In this document: one piece after another, positions 10,244 through 19,346 of the stretch | Position numbering within the stretch: position 1 is the first letter of the stretch | Layout: each line of letters begins with the position of its first letter | Assembly: GCA_027622665.1 (NCBI GenBank) | Contig: JAQBYT010000010.1 | Location: 1 to 64,000, forward strand | Direction of reading: 5' to 3' | Source: Verrucomicrobiota bacterium | GTDB taxonomy: Bacteria; Verrucomicrobiota; Verrucomicrobiia; Opitutales; Seribacteraceae | Length of the DNA stretch: 64,000 nucleotides | Notes under the pieces: generated by a model | The model's input: only the letters and a program-made list of their open reading frames with translations | Databases searched by the model: none | What the model was told of the DNA's origin: nothing | Program-made: the position numbers and the translations under genes

Positions 10244-10699
10244 ATGAAAATCATTCACGCCATTGTGTTACTTGGTCTAGTATTTTTCTCGGCAAATCTC
10301 ATCGTTGCAGACGATGACAAGGATAAGAAGGAGGCCACGCCTGAAGTAAGGTTACAGGCCGCAAAAGAGGCTATGTCCACGCACACGAACATAGCCATCA
10401 TCTATGTTAAGGGGCTCGTGTGCCCTTCCTGCGGGATCGGCGTGAGCAAGAACTTGAGCAGGATGAAAGGCGTCGACAAGAAGAGGTTCAAGAGAGGCAT
10501 TGAAATGGACGTCAAGACTCAGCTCGTGAAGATTGCGCTGAACGGAAAGACTGGGTTGGACAAGAAAGATATTTTGGAAAGAGTGGACGATGCGGGCTTC
10601 GTCGCAATCGAGGAATACAAGCTCCATGACGACCATCTCGACGTCCATCGGTTCGGCGCGGGCGCATCGACAGAAGTCATCCATCACTTGAAAAAGTAG
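10244..10699 (+). CDS. Exported heavy-metal-associated (HMA-like) domain protein
   Basis: Signal peptide; VKGLVCPSC metal-binding motif; VDDAGF HMA terminus; His-rich tail. Confidence 0.75.
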   Translation: MKIIHAIVLLGLVFFSANLIVADDDKDKKEATPEVRLQAAKEAMSTHTNIAIIYVKGLVCPSCGIGVSKNLSRMKGVDKKRFKRGIEMDVKTQLVKIALNGKTGLDKKDILERVDDAGFVAIEEYKLHDDHLDVHRFGAGASTEVIHHLKK

Positions 10700-10721
10700 A
10701 CTTCCTCCGATTAGGATAGGT

Positions 10722-11543
10722 ATGATGCGCTTCATACTCGGAGTTTGTTCGCTGTTCCCAGTTGTTTTCGGGCTCCTGCTCAAAGCGGACGAACCTATCA
10801 TGAACATGATGCCCCGTTGGTCGGGTGGTTGGGGCTACCAGTTCTTTTACGAACACCGCAGAGAAAGGGATCTTCTCCTAGGCAGCTCTGCTCGCTACAG
10901 AGGTTTCTCCGAAGAGGTAAACCTGTTTCATCTGGAGGGAGTCTACACTTGGAAGAAATTCATTCGGCTAACCGCCAAGCTACCATACGTCATTCATGCG
11001 GAGCGGGAGATTCCCGATGCAACGGGCAACAAGCGAGTCCAGAAGGACGAAGGCATTGGAGACCTGACCTTGGCCCTACCCCTTAAGAAATACTTCAACC
11101 TCGATGGGCGAAGCGGGTCCTGGACCTTCAAGCCCATGCTGCTTGTTCCCCTTGCCGGTGACGACGAATACGAAATCTACGACAACGAGTGGGGAAACGG
11201 CATCGGGCTTGGCTACGAGTTCGAGACCTCTCAGTTCTACTTTGGCATTGGAACGAACGGATGGGTTTTTTACGGGGACGAACCCTTCGAGTCACATTCC
11301 TTTCTCGACCTCGGCTACAACTTCGTCACCGAGCAGTCAAACGGCTCCCTCTTCTGGGAAACCGACTTCCACTTCGAGGACGACGAATCGAGAACCCTCT
11401 CCGCGGGGCCCGCCTTATACTTCAACCACAACGACACCATTCACTCACGGATAGAGTGGAAGCATGATTTCGCAGACCATCAAGGAATCCTAGACCACGG
11501 CAACGGTGACACCATCAAGCTCGGCATGGCTTGGGTGTTCTGA
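10722..11543 (+). CDS. Putative outer-membrane beta-barrel transporter
   Basis: Signal peptide; TAKLPYV and GIGDLTL motifs; aromatic-rich amphipathic strands; C-terminal W-V-F. Confidence 0.7.
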   Translation: MMRFILGVCSLFPVVFGLLLKADEPIMNMMPRWSGGWGYQFFYEHRRERDLLLGSSARYRGFSEEVNLFHLEGVYTWKKFIRLTAKLPYVIHAEREIPDATGNKRVQKDEGIGDLTLALPLKKYFNLDGRSGSWTFKPMLLVPLAGDDEYEIYDNEWGNGIGLGYEFETSQFYFGIGTNGWVFYGDEPFESHSFLDLGYNFVTEQSNGSLFWETDFHFEDDESRTLSAGPALYFNHNDTIHSRIEWKHDFADHQGILDHGNGDTIKLGMAWVF

Positions 11544-11578
11544 CTCGTCGGAAAAAATAACCGAGGGGAAACAAAAGG

Positions 11579-12526
11579 TTATTCCGGTGCGTCCTTGCCC
11601 GACCAAGCATCCCACCAAGAGGTGAATAGTTCGAGTTGTTCCTTGGCGTAGCCTAGTTGACTTGGGCTGAGGGCATCCGTTTCGTTGAAGTGAAGCTCGT
11701 AGGCGGCATCCCCCTTCAGGCTGAGGAGGTACTTGTAATAGAGCACCAGATCGGGTCCCTCGTCGAAGGTGGACAACACGGTCAACGCCTGCTCCAGTTC
11801 CTTGGCGAAGAAACGAGCGTCGAAGTCACCTGCGGCCGCTTCCTTGCATAGGCTGAAGTAGTGGAGGACTTCAGCGGGCAAAACATTACCGATACCCGTA
11901 ATGGCTCCAACCGCCCCACAATTGACCACACCATGAAAGACCTGAGTGTCCACACCGACCAACAAGGCCAAGGAATCGTCTTCGCTGGTAATGTGTTCGG
12001 CAGCGTAGGTCAATGAATCGGCGCCGCCGAATTCCTTGAAGCCAATAAGGTGGGGAAATTCAGCTCGAAGGTCGAAGAAGAGTTCGGCCTTTGTTTCGAA
12101 ACCGTAATATGGACTGTTGTAAATGATGGAGGGAAGCTCTTCTCCCGCAGCAAGGATTCCCGCAAAATGATGGCGCTGGGCAGCGGATGAACTGCCCCTG
12201 GAAAGTACCCGTGGAATAACCATTAGTCCCGCAGCTCCCACCTCCTTGGCATGGGCGGCGTGGGCGGCGGCAAGCTTTGGGTTTTGGGCACCCGTACCCA
12301 CGACGACGGGCACGCCCGACTCTACAAGCTTGGAAACACCCTCTTGCCTCTGGGCGTCAGTAAGCAGAGGCCAGTCCCCCATGGAACCACAGTAGACGAC
12401 CGCCGACATGCCGAGCTCCATCATTTCAAGCCCTTTGGCAACCAACGCATCGAAATCCGGCTCACGGTCCGCGTTACAAGGTGTCATGAGGGCGGGAATG
12501 ACCCCGTTGTAGATATTTAAATTCAT
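11579..12526 (-). CDS. hypD: DHDPS-family protein, probable 1-pyrroline-4-hydroxy-2-carboxylate deaminase (hydroxyproline catabolism)
   Basis: GVIPALMTPC, VYCGSMGDWPLLTD, IYNSPYYGF, GFKEFGG, FDEGPDLVLY, LHFNETDAL match the Sinorhizobium HypD/LhpC type as I recall it. Confidence 0.8.
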   Translation of the reverse strand: MNLNIYNGVIPALMTPCNADREPDFDALVAKGLEMMELGMSAVVYCGSMGDWPLLTDAQRQEGVSKLVESGVPVVVGTGAQNPKLAAAHAAHAKEVGAAGLMVIPRVLSRGSSSAAQRHHFAGILAAGEELPSIIYNSPYYGFETKAELFFDLRAEFPHLIGFKEFGGADSLTYAAEHITSEDDSLALLVGVDTQVFHGVVNCGAVGAITGIGNVLPAEVLHYFSLCKEAAAGDFDARFFAKELEQALTVLSTFDEGPDLVLYYKYLLSLKGDAAYELHFNETDALSPSQLGYAKEQLELFTSWWDAWSGKDAPE

Positions 12527-12679
12527 GGAATGTAAAGTAGTTGTAGATTCAAAAATAAAGCGATGCTGATCAAAGCCAAGAAAAACTAATGAATATTTCT
12601 TCTATGGAATGTAATCGAATTTTAATCAGACGTTTTGACCGTGCTTAGGCAAACTTGTTCGCCTAAAAGGAAACTCGAC

Positions 12680-13723
12680 ATGAACGAACTACCGAAACCA
12701 TCCACCGACCCCACGCCCATCTTTGAACATTTCAGGGGTACGCACGGAACAGAGTTGCTGGTCGCCGCCACCTGCCACTTTGGTCTATTCGACAAATTGA
12801 GCGACTGTCCGATCGCAAGGAACGAACTGAAAGAAGCCCTCGAAATGGCAGAACGACCTTTTGTCGTGCTGACCACGGCGCTACGGGCAATGGGCTTGCT
12901 GGAACCGGATGCGGAAGGATGTTTCATCGCCACCCCTCTCGCCCTCGAGCACCTCCCGAGCAACGCCCCCTTTGCCGTAAACAATTACCTCGGTCTTGCC
13001 GCAGACTCCCCAAATGTACTCGCTATGGTCGAGCGCCTGCGAACAAACAAGCCGGTCGGTTCCGGAACCGACGAAGGCGCCGCCTTCATTTTTAAGGACG
13101 GAGAGAAATCAAAGATGGAGGAGGCCGAAGAGGCTCGCCGTCTCACCCTCTCATTGGCGGGCCGGGCTAACAACGTGGCACCACATCTCGCCGCCAACTA
13201 TCCCCTGCCGAGCACAAAGACCCTTCTCGACGTTGCAGGTGGTTCGGGCATCTACGCAATCGCCTACCTGCGAGCCCATCCCGACCTGCGAGCCATCGTA
13301 TTCGATCGTCCGGAAGTGCTGAAGGTGGCCGAAGAATTCGCAGAGGAGCATCAAGTTGCCGACAGACTTCAGCTAATGGAAGGCGACATGTTCGCAGATC
13401 CCCTTCCGAGTTGCGACGCGGCGCTCCTCTCAAACGTTCTGCACGACTGGGACCTCCCCGAGTGCGAAACCATCGTCCGGCGCTGCGCCGACGCCGTGAA
13501 TCCGGGCGGCGAGGTTCTCATCCACGACGTCTTCCTCAACGACGACCTGTCAGGTCCGCTCCCCATCGCTCTTTATTCAGCCGCCCTCTTTTCCCTTACT
13601 GAAGGACGGGCCTACTCCGCCAAAGAATACCGAGAAATGCTGGCGAAGGCCGGTCTGCAGTCAGGCAAAGTCACGCCCACCCTCGTTCATTGCGGAGTCC
13701 TGCCGGGACGCAAGAATCCTTAG
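12680..13723 (+). CDS. SAM-dependent O-methyltransferase (methyltransferase_2 with dimerisation domain)
   Basis: LLDVAGGSG, FDRPEV, GDMF, SNVLHDW, EGRAYS; start at MNELPK. Confidence 0.88.
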   Translation: MNELPKPSTDPTPIFEHFRGTHGTELLVAATCHFGLFDKLSDCPIARNELKEALEMAERPFVVLTTALRAMGLLEPDAEGCFIATPLALEHLPSNAPFAVNNYLGLAADSPNVLAMVERLRTNKPVGSGTDEGAAFIFKDGEKSKMEEAEEARRLTLSLAGRANNVAPHLAANYPLPSTKTLLDVAGGSGIYAIAYLRAHPDLRAIVFDRPEVLKVAEEFAEEHQVADRLQLMEGDMFADPLPSCDAALLSNVLHDWDLPECETIVRRCADAVNPGGEVLIHDVFLNDDLSGPLPIALYSAALFSLTEGRAYSAKEYREMLAKAGLQSGKVTPTLVHCGVLPGRKNP

Positions 13724-13843
13724 AGAAGTGGAAGTAACTTCTTTGAGTCATGCGTCCTCTGGATGAAACAGGCTCCCGATGCCAAAACTTTGGTTGCTTT
13801 GACATTAGGTAGGAATTAAATTTTCATCGACTGAACCGGAACC

Positions 13844-15250
13844 ATGTCGAGCTCGCACAGAATCAAACATTTGAATGGGCACGCATTCGCGAACTTTCAC
13901 GGTTCCGAAAGAGAGGGCTTGGCTGTGATGGATCGACGTGGGATGATAAAGGCCGGTTTGGCAGGAATGGCGGGCCTTTCCTTACCCGATCTGCTTCGGG
14001 CACGCGATCTTGCCAAGTGGAATGGACAATCTCTTGGCGGCAACAAATCGGTTATTCTTTTGTGGATGTGCGGTGGCCCCAGCCACATTGATACGCTCGA
14101 CCCCAAACCTGACCAACCCGACAACAATCGAGGGCCTTTCTCGACCATCCCGACCACTCATCCGGGAATACGTGTTTGCGAACATCTTCCGAAATACGCG
14201 AAACTAACGGACAAACTGACTATCATTCGTTCCGTCGACTGCCGGGGCAGCAACCATCAACCGAACCAAGTCATGCAGACGGGGAACTTGGCCGCAGGTC
14301 CGAGAGTCAACCGGGAAGGTCGCATGTATCCCGCCATCAGCTCGATCGTAAGCAAGTTCCATGGCCCGAACCATCCCGCCTTGCCCGCGAACGTGGTCCT
14401 GAACCTGAATAGTCGCTCTCACTGCGCATGGGGAGGATGGCTAGGAAAAGAATACGATTCTCTGGTAGGAGACAATGCGGGAAAACTGTTTGACCTGGCC
14501 AAAGGCTTAACCGTGGACCGACTGGACAACCGTAAGACACTGTCCGACAAACTGGAAGCCGTGCGTCGCAACCTGGATCAGGGCGACAACATGTCGGCCT
14601 TGGACGAATTCGGGCAGCAGGCTTACGACTTGCTGACCGGGCAAAAGGCGCGAAATGCCTTTGACCTAAGCGATGAACCAAAGAAACTCATTGAGCGTTA
14701 CGGCGAACATTCCTGGGCTCAAAAGGCTTTGCTGGCTCGACGTTTGGTGGAAGCCGGCGTCTCCTTCGTCACGATCGACTTAAGCAACCACGGGGCCTCG
14801 GGAACATGGGACACCCACGGGGATAAGTTTCCTCCCTATGGAGGTATCGAAAGCGGCCTCAAGCCTTTGCTCCCCGTATTCGATCATGTTTTCACAACAT
14901 TGGTTACCGACCTCGATGAACGAGGCTTGCTGGACGAAGTGCTGGTCATTGCGATGGGCGAATTCGGGCGCACTCCGCACATGGGAACGCAAGGCAGTCC
15001 GGACGGACGGAACCACTGGCCTCAAATCGCCTCAATGACCCTCGCGGGCGGAGGGTTCCGTCACGGTCAGGTGATAGGGGCAAGTTCAAGCGACGGTGGC
15101 GAAATCAAGGAACGACCGGTAACTCCTGGTGACTTGGCCGCGACCGTTTATCATCACTTCGGCATCCCGCTTGACTCTACTTACGAAGACCATCGAAGCA
15201 GGCCCCGCTACATTTTGGAGGAGGGACAACCTCTTCCGGAACTAATCTAA
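13844..15250 (+). CDS. DUF1501 domain protein
   Basis: DRRGMIK twin-arginine; GGPSHIDTLDPKP; LLARRLVEAGV; WDTH; GEFGRTP; GRNHWP. Confidence 0.92.
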   Translation: MSSSHRIKHLNGHAFANFHGSEREGLAVMDRRGMIKAGLAGMAGLSLPDLLRARDLAKWNGQSLGGNKSVILLWMCGGPSHIDTLDPKPDQPDNNRGPFSTIPTTHPGIRVCEHLPKYAKLTDKLTIIRSVDCRGSNHQPNQVMQTGNLAAGPRVNREGRMYPAISSIVSKFHGPNHPALPANVVLNLNSRSHCAWGGWLGKEYDSLVGDNAGKLFDLAKGLTVDRLDNRKTLSDKLEAVRRNLDQGDNMSALDEFGQQAYDLLTGQKARNAFDLSDEPKKLIERYGEHSWAQKALLARRLVEAGVSFVTIDLSNHGASGTWDTHGDKFPPYGGIESGLKPLLPVFDHVFTTLVTDLDERGLLDEVLVIAMGEFGRTPHMGTQGSPDGRNHWPQIASMTLAGGGFRHGQVIGASSSDGGEIKERPVTPGDLAATVYHHFGIPLDSTYEDHRSRPRYILEEGQPLPELI

Positions 15251-15266
15251 AAGAAGCAAACTTGGG

Positions 15267-15301
15267 TTGCCATCCCGGGCAAGAATCCTAGCTTCATTGA
15301 G
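15267..15301 (+). promoter_or_regulatory. Candidate promoter abutting the start codon
   Basis: TTGCCA-16 nt-TAGCTT-7 nt-ATG(15302). Confidence 0.5.
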
Positions 15302-15931
15302 ATGAAAACCCGATTAAACTCCATTATCTTTCTCGCGAGCTTCGTTCTCGCGTCCATGCACATTCACGCCGAAACCAAAGACGGTGACTGGATCGACCTG
15401 TTCGACGGCAAGTCGACCAAGGGGTGGACACCTCGAGCAAAGGTCGAGTCCTTCGAGGCGAAGGATGGTCAATTGAAGCTCTCCTCGAAAGTCAACGTTT
15501 GGGTGGTGTCCGACCTCAAGATGGCCGACTTCGAAGTGGAGGCTGAGGTAAAGATTCCAACCGACTACGCAGGTTTCAACTCGGGCTTGGGCTTCCGTTT
15601 GGTCGGTGAGAAGGGAAAGCCAAAAGGCTACCAGTGCGAAATCGACCGCGGCAAACCCGGTGGGGTATACGGAATCGGCATGGGCGGCTGGCTTTACCCG
15701 GGCAAAGACACGATCGCCGAGTACAAGGAACGCTCAAAAGGTCTCTTCAAACCGGAGGAATGGAACAAGGTACGAGTGGTCTGCAAGGGCCCAAGCATCA
15801 AGACTTACGTAAACGGCAAGTTGGTCGCCGAAGTGGAGCACAAGCAATCCCTCGAAGGGCATTTCGGCATCCAGCACCACGGCAAGGGAGGCACCGTCGC
15901 CTTCCGCAACCTGAGGGCCAAGAAGCCTTAG
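15302..15931 (+). CDS. DUF1080 (3-keto-glycoside-processing family) exported protein
   Basis: LFDGKSTKGW, NSGLGFR, GYQCEI, GHFGIQHHG, FRNL. Confidence 0.92.
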   Translation: MKTRLNSIIFLASFVLASMHIHAETKDGDWIDLFDGKSTKGWTPRAKVESFEAKDGQLKLSSKVNVWVVSDLKMADFEVEAEVKIPTDYAGFNSGLGFRLVGEKGKPKGYQCEIDRGKPGGVYGIGMGGWLYPGKDTIAEYKERSKGLFKPEEWNKVRVVCKGPSIKTYVNGKLVAEVEHKQSLEGHFGIQHHGKGGTVAFRNLRAKKP

Positions 15932-15937
15932 AAAAGC

Positions 15938-16520
15938 TTACTTCGGTAAATCAACGGGAGGACGCTCGTGTCGGAGGCGCCCCTTGAAGTCGCCCATGTT
16001 GGCTCTCCAAAAGTGTTGCTGAGGCAAGTCTACTTCCTGCAGCACGACTTCGTCTTGAGTAGTGGCCCGCACACCTAAGTCCCACTTCCTATAAATGCCA
16101 CTTACGTAACCTGCCTTGCCAAGTACGGCGGGCAAAAGGATTTCACACCGATCCATACCTCCTATTCGCTCGAAAGTCGCCTCGTATTCGCCGGGCTTGT
16201 ACTGGTATGCGTAATCGGGAGCCTCGTTGCGTATCATGTCGTAGATGCCGTTACGCTGGGGATAACGCCCGGTGAGCAACGCTCCCCGTGACGGCGTGCA
16301 AGCAGGCCATGCAACATAAAAACCAGTCAGTTTGACACCACCCTCCGACAGACGATCGAGATGGGGCGCCTTGACCTCGTTCGAACCGAAGCAACCTAAG
16401 TCTCCATAGCCTTGGTCATCGGAAACGATGAGCACGACATTGGGTGGCTTTTCCGAAAGCCACAAGCGCCGAAGATAAAATTCCAAATGTCGTCAGCAAC
16501 AATTCAGAAAAGGCATCCAT
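15938..16520 (-). pseudogene. Truncated, frameshifted sulfatase N-terminus fused to an unrelated C-terminal tail
   Basis: PNVVLIVSDDQGYGD, CTPSRGALLTGRYP and KWDLG are present, then similarity stops at about 16064. The signal peptide (MDAFSELLLTTFGILSSALVAFG, ATG 16520) is out of frame. Confidence 0.8.
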
Positions 16521-16601
16521 AACCCATAAGAGTAACTATCTGGAATCCCAAAAGCCAAGCCTCAAGAAGCAAAAGACGAAAGTACGATCGAATGCTCTTG
16601 C

Positions 16602-16638
16602 TTGACGCAAACCTTCCAAAGCATCAGTTTCAGCCTAT
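16602..16638 (+). promoter_or_regulatory. Candidate promoter abutting the start codon
   Basis: TTGACG-17 nt-CAGTTT-8 nt-ATG(16639). Confidence 0.45.
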
Positions 16639-16932
16639 ATGAAAAGCATTCCGTTTCTATCTATAATCAGCCTTTCACTTGGGATTTTCGCCAGTTGTTC
16701 GACCCAGGTTTCCGAACCTGCTGGCGATTCAAACGCCACCGAAAACAACGCCTCCGCTAAAGCCGATGGCTATTCGCTGAAAGTCTGCGTCGTTTCAGGC
16801 GAGGAATTGGGCGGCATGGGCGAACCCTACGTCCACAATCACGAGGGAGTTACGGTAAAGTTCTGTTGCAAACCCTGCCTAAAGAAATTCAACAAGGAGC
16901 CGGAAGTTTACTTAGCGAAACTTGAACGCTAA
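16639..16932 (+). CDS. Small lipoprotein with YHS-like Cys/His metal-binding domain
   Basis: Lipobox FASC; CVVSGEELGGMGEP, HNHEG, KFCCKPC..KF.KEP..Y. Confidence 0.75.
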   Translation: MKSIPFLSIISLSLGIFASCSTQVSEPAGDSNATENNASAKADGYSLKVCVVSGEELGGMGEPYVHNHEGVTVKFCCKPCLKKFNKEPEVYLAKLER

Positions 16933-16944
16933 GGGCCCAGCTCA

Positions 16945-18276
16945 TCACTTCCCCGGCCTCAGGGACTGCCACCAACTTTGCTTGGGCGGCGCCTTGATTG
17001 CGTTCTGAGTTGCCTCAGGCAAACCACTGTCGGGCAACCACGCCTCGACCGATTCTTTGTCCTGCCGATACCAGTTGTGCCCAACTTGTGTGATGGTCTT
17101 CTTTTGTAGATCCGGTTCAGTTATAGATACCGCCCACTCCATGGCACTCGCACCATCATCCTTTGAAACTTGGCGAGCATAGGCGGCTACCGCAGGATCC
17201 AACTCGGCTGTGGGTTCTTGCTCGTTAAGCCATTTCCCAGAAGCTTCAGCATCGTCCCGAGACCAACTCTGCATTACCTCTCTAATGCCTTGCTGCTTCC
17301 CCTTCCCCGCCGGTAATTCGTCAAAGTATTCAATAGCGGAAACGGGGTCTCGTTCGCCCCAGTTGTCACCCAGTTGACGGAGGGAATCAGTAGCATACTC
17401 TTTCGACGCATGCTCCTTTAGCCAAGCGGCGACCTCCTCGGGACGCTCTCGCGACACTTGTCGAGTCAGGTTGGTAAAAGCACCTTTTTTAAGAGAGTCC
17501 TCTTGCAGTGTCTCGGCCCATTGGCGGGCACTGGTGAATCCTTTCTTCATGTGTTGCTCGGCCAGGATGCCCACCAATTTTCCCGTTTCATCGCCGGAGT
17601 CCAATCCGGCGACGTACTGAGACGCACCGGTGAGATCCGTGCTTGCCCACCCTCGAACGAGACCGAAGTTATAGAGCTTTGCCATGCCGGCATTATCAGG
17701 AGATTTCACCCAATCGGCGGCAGCCTGAGGCTCACGACTAGCCCAACCCTCAAGCACGCCCGAAGTCGCAAACCCGGCGCCAATCCCTTTTGCCCTTTCA
17801 TTGCAGTATTCAATGGCCTTCAAGGGATCGAACCGGCCCCATCCATAGAGCAGCATTCGGTATTCCTGCATGTGCTCGAATCCGAATGACAAATCCTCAA
17901 ATGCCTCCAAGACGGCATCGACGTTATTCTCATCCAGTTCGGATAGTACCTCCGCAAAGGCGGCCGTACGCGTAATCGGGTTGGAATCAACCTGAGCGGC
18001 AAAGAGACGGTCGCGAAGGTCACTCGGACTGAGTCGTTTCTTCGCGGAAACTTCCTTCTCGGCAAGTAAGGGCACCGAACTGAACACCTCGCCATTAAAA
18101 GATCCTTCCGTCGACTGAGAAATTCCCTCTGGCTTCAATGGCGACTTATCCGTTGCGCTTTTCACGCCATCCGAAATTTCGGGGGTTTCTTGCGGAGAAT
18201 CACCTCCGCCGCCAAGAAGGAATCCTAAAAGCAAACCAATGGCGGCAGCAACAAGAACATAGACTTTGTTCCCCAT
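16945..18276 (-). CDS. Membrane-anchored alpha-helical repeat hypothetical protein
   Basis: N-terminal hydrophobic anchor; repeated W..xDP..A..W units typical of verrucomicrobial hypotheticals. Confidence 0.8.
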   Translation of the reverse strand: MGNKVYVLVAAAIGLLLGFLLGGGGDSPQETPEISDGVKSATDKSPLKPEGISQSTEGSFNGEVFSSVPLLAEKEVSAKKRLSPSDLRDRLFAAQVDSNPITRTAAFAEVLSELDENNVDAVLEAFEDLSFGFEHMQEYRMLLYGWGRFDPLKAIEYCNERAKGIGAGFATSGVLEGWASREPQAAADWVKSPDNAGMAKLYNFGLVRGWASTDLTGASQYVAGLDSGDETGKLVGILAEQHMKKGFTSARQWAETLQEDSLKKGAFTNLTRQVSRERPEEVAAWLKEHASKEYATDSLRQLGDNWGERDPVSAIEYFDELPAGKGKQQGIREVMQSWSRDDAEASGKWLNEQEPTAELDPAVAAYARQVSKDDGASAMEWAVSITEPDLQKKTITQVGHNWYRQDKESVEAWLPDSGLPEATQNAIKAPPKQSWWQSLRPGK

Positions 18277-18403
18277 GATTATCTTCTTGTTTTTGGAACC
18301 TTGCGGAACAGTTGTGGAATTAGATTGGTTTTTCTAACAGTAATAGAACAATTATGAATACACCTCAAACCGACTAAAGGTTACGTCATTTGCCGTCTTT
18401 CCG

Positions 18404-18850
18404 TCACTTTCCCATCTTCGAGATGGTACCGTAGAGGTGTCCACCAACCTTACCATGAGCCCAGGTTCCCGCATACTTGCCGCCATCGATCACGACGTGG
18501 GCACTGAAGGTTCCGAGACCGGGCAGGTTCAATTTGTCCATGGTGATTACCGGGATTCTCCCAACCCACTTTACGGGTAGAGGCATTGGCAAGGTAACGT
18601 CTTTACCTCCGTATTTCACTCGAGCAGTGAAGACCCAGAGATCACCGTCACCCAATTTTTGGACGTTTTGAATTTCGTAAGTTTCTTTCGCGGTGACCAA
18701 GTCCTTTCCCGTCACCGTAAAGTGACCGGAGAACCGAACGTTCTTCATAGACGCTTCGAAACTCTTAAAAAGTTCTTCCTTGGTCGGTTCCTTACCGAAA
18801 AGGTTATGTGAAATCACCATTAAGGCGGCCAATGCAATGAGAATTTTCAT
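18404..18850 (-). CDS. Exported hypothetical protein
   Basis: Signal peptide from MKILIAL (18850); conserved-looking YAGTWAHGKVGGHLYG. Upstream TTGCAT-17-CATCAT-6-ATG supports this start. Confidence 0.75.
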   Translation of the reverse strand: MKILIALAALMVISHNLFGKEPTKEELFKSFEASMKNVRFSGHFTVTGKDLVTAKETYEIQNVQKLGDGDLWVFTARVKYGGKDVTLPMPLPVKWVGRIPVITMDKLNLPGLGTFSAHVVIDGGKYAGTWAHGKVGGHLYGTISKMGK

Positions 18851-18967
18851 GGAACCATGATGATTTCTAACTTGAACACATGCAAGCCTATCGTGATCAC
18901 GAGAAAGAATCTCCCAGACTACTTGATTAATGGAATTCTCCATTTAGGTTCAGAGCCCATGACCTCA

Positions 18968-19015
18968 AAACTAGTCGGGACGACCGTTGACTAGTTTGTT
19001 AAGAAAAGTCATAAT
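18968..19015. promoter_or_regulatory. Promoter with overlapping 9-bp inverted repeat in a divergent intergenic region
   Basis: AAACTAGTC(18968-76)-12 nt-GACTAGTTT(18989-97) overlaps TTGACT-17-CATAAT-9-ATG(19025). Confidence 0.5.
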
Positions 19016-19024
19016 CAGATCAAT

Positions 19025-19330
19025 ATGAAACTAGACGCGCTCCATTCCATTGACGCCTTGGAAAAGGCAAACGCTAGCGAGCATTTGAGCTCGCGAGAAA
19101 AACACCTAATAGGATTGGCGGTAACAATCACGCGAGGTTGCGGCTACTGTTCGGGGGGGCGGATTGAAAAGGCGCTTGCGGCAGGCATTCCCGAGGCAAC
19201 CATTGTCGCAACCGTCGATCTCACGGCTTCCGTCAACGCAGGAGTTGCCGTACGCACCGCCCTACTCGGCATCGAGGGTAAAGATCTCGAAGGAACCTGC
19301 GACGACGTCACCTGCTCGGCAGGAGATTGA
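19025..19330 (+). CDS. Carboxymuconolactone decarboxylase/AhpD-like small protein
   Basis: LSSREKHLIGLAV...CGYC...ALAAG; extra C-terminal CDDVTC. Confidence 0.8.
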   Translation: MKLDALHSIDALEKANASEHLSSREKHLIGLAVTITRGCGYCSGGRIEKALAAGIPEATIVATVDLTASVNAGVAVRTALLGIEGKDLEGTCDDVTCSAGD

Positions 19331-19346
19331 ATGTATCTCTAAAGGC

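Noticed and set aside
11579..12526. Lysine-biosynthetic dapA (also for 57156-58064)
   Set aside because: Both lack the GTTGE motif; their motifs fit the HypD and KdgD subfamilies.
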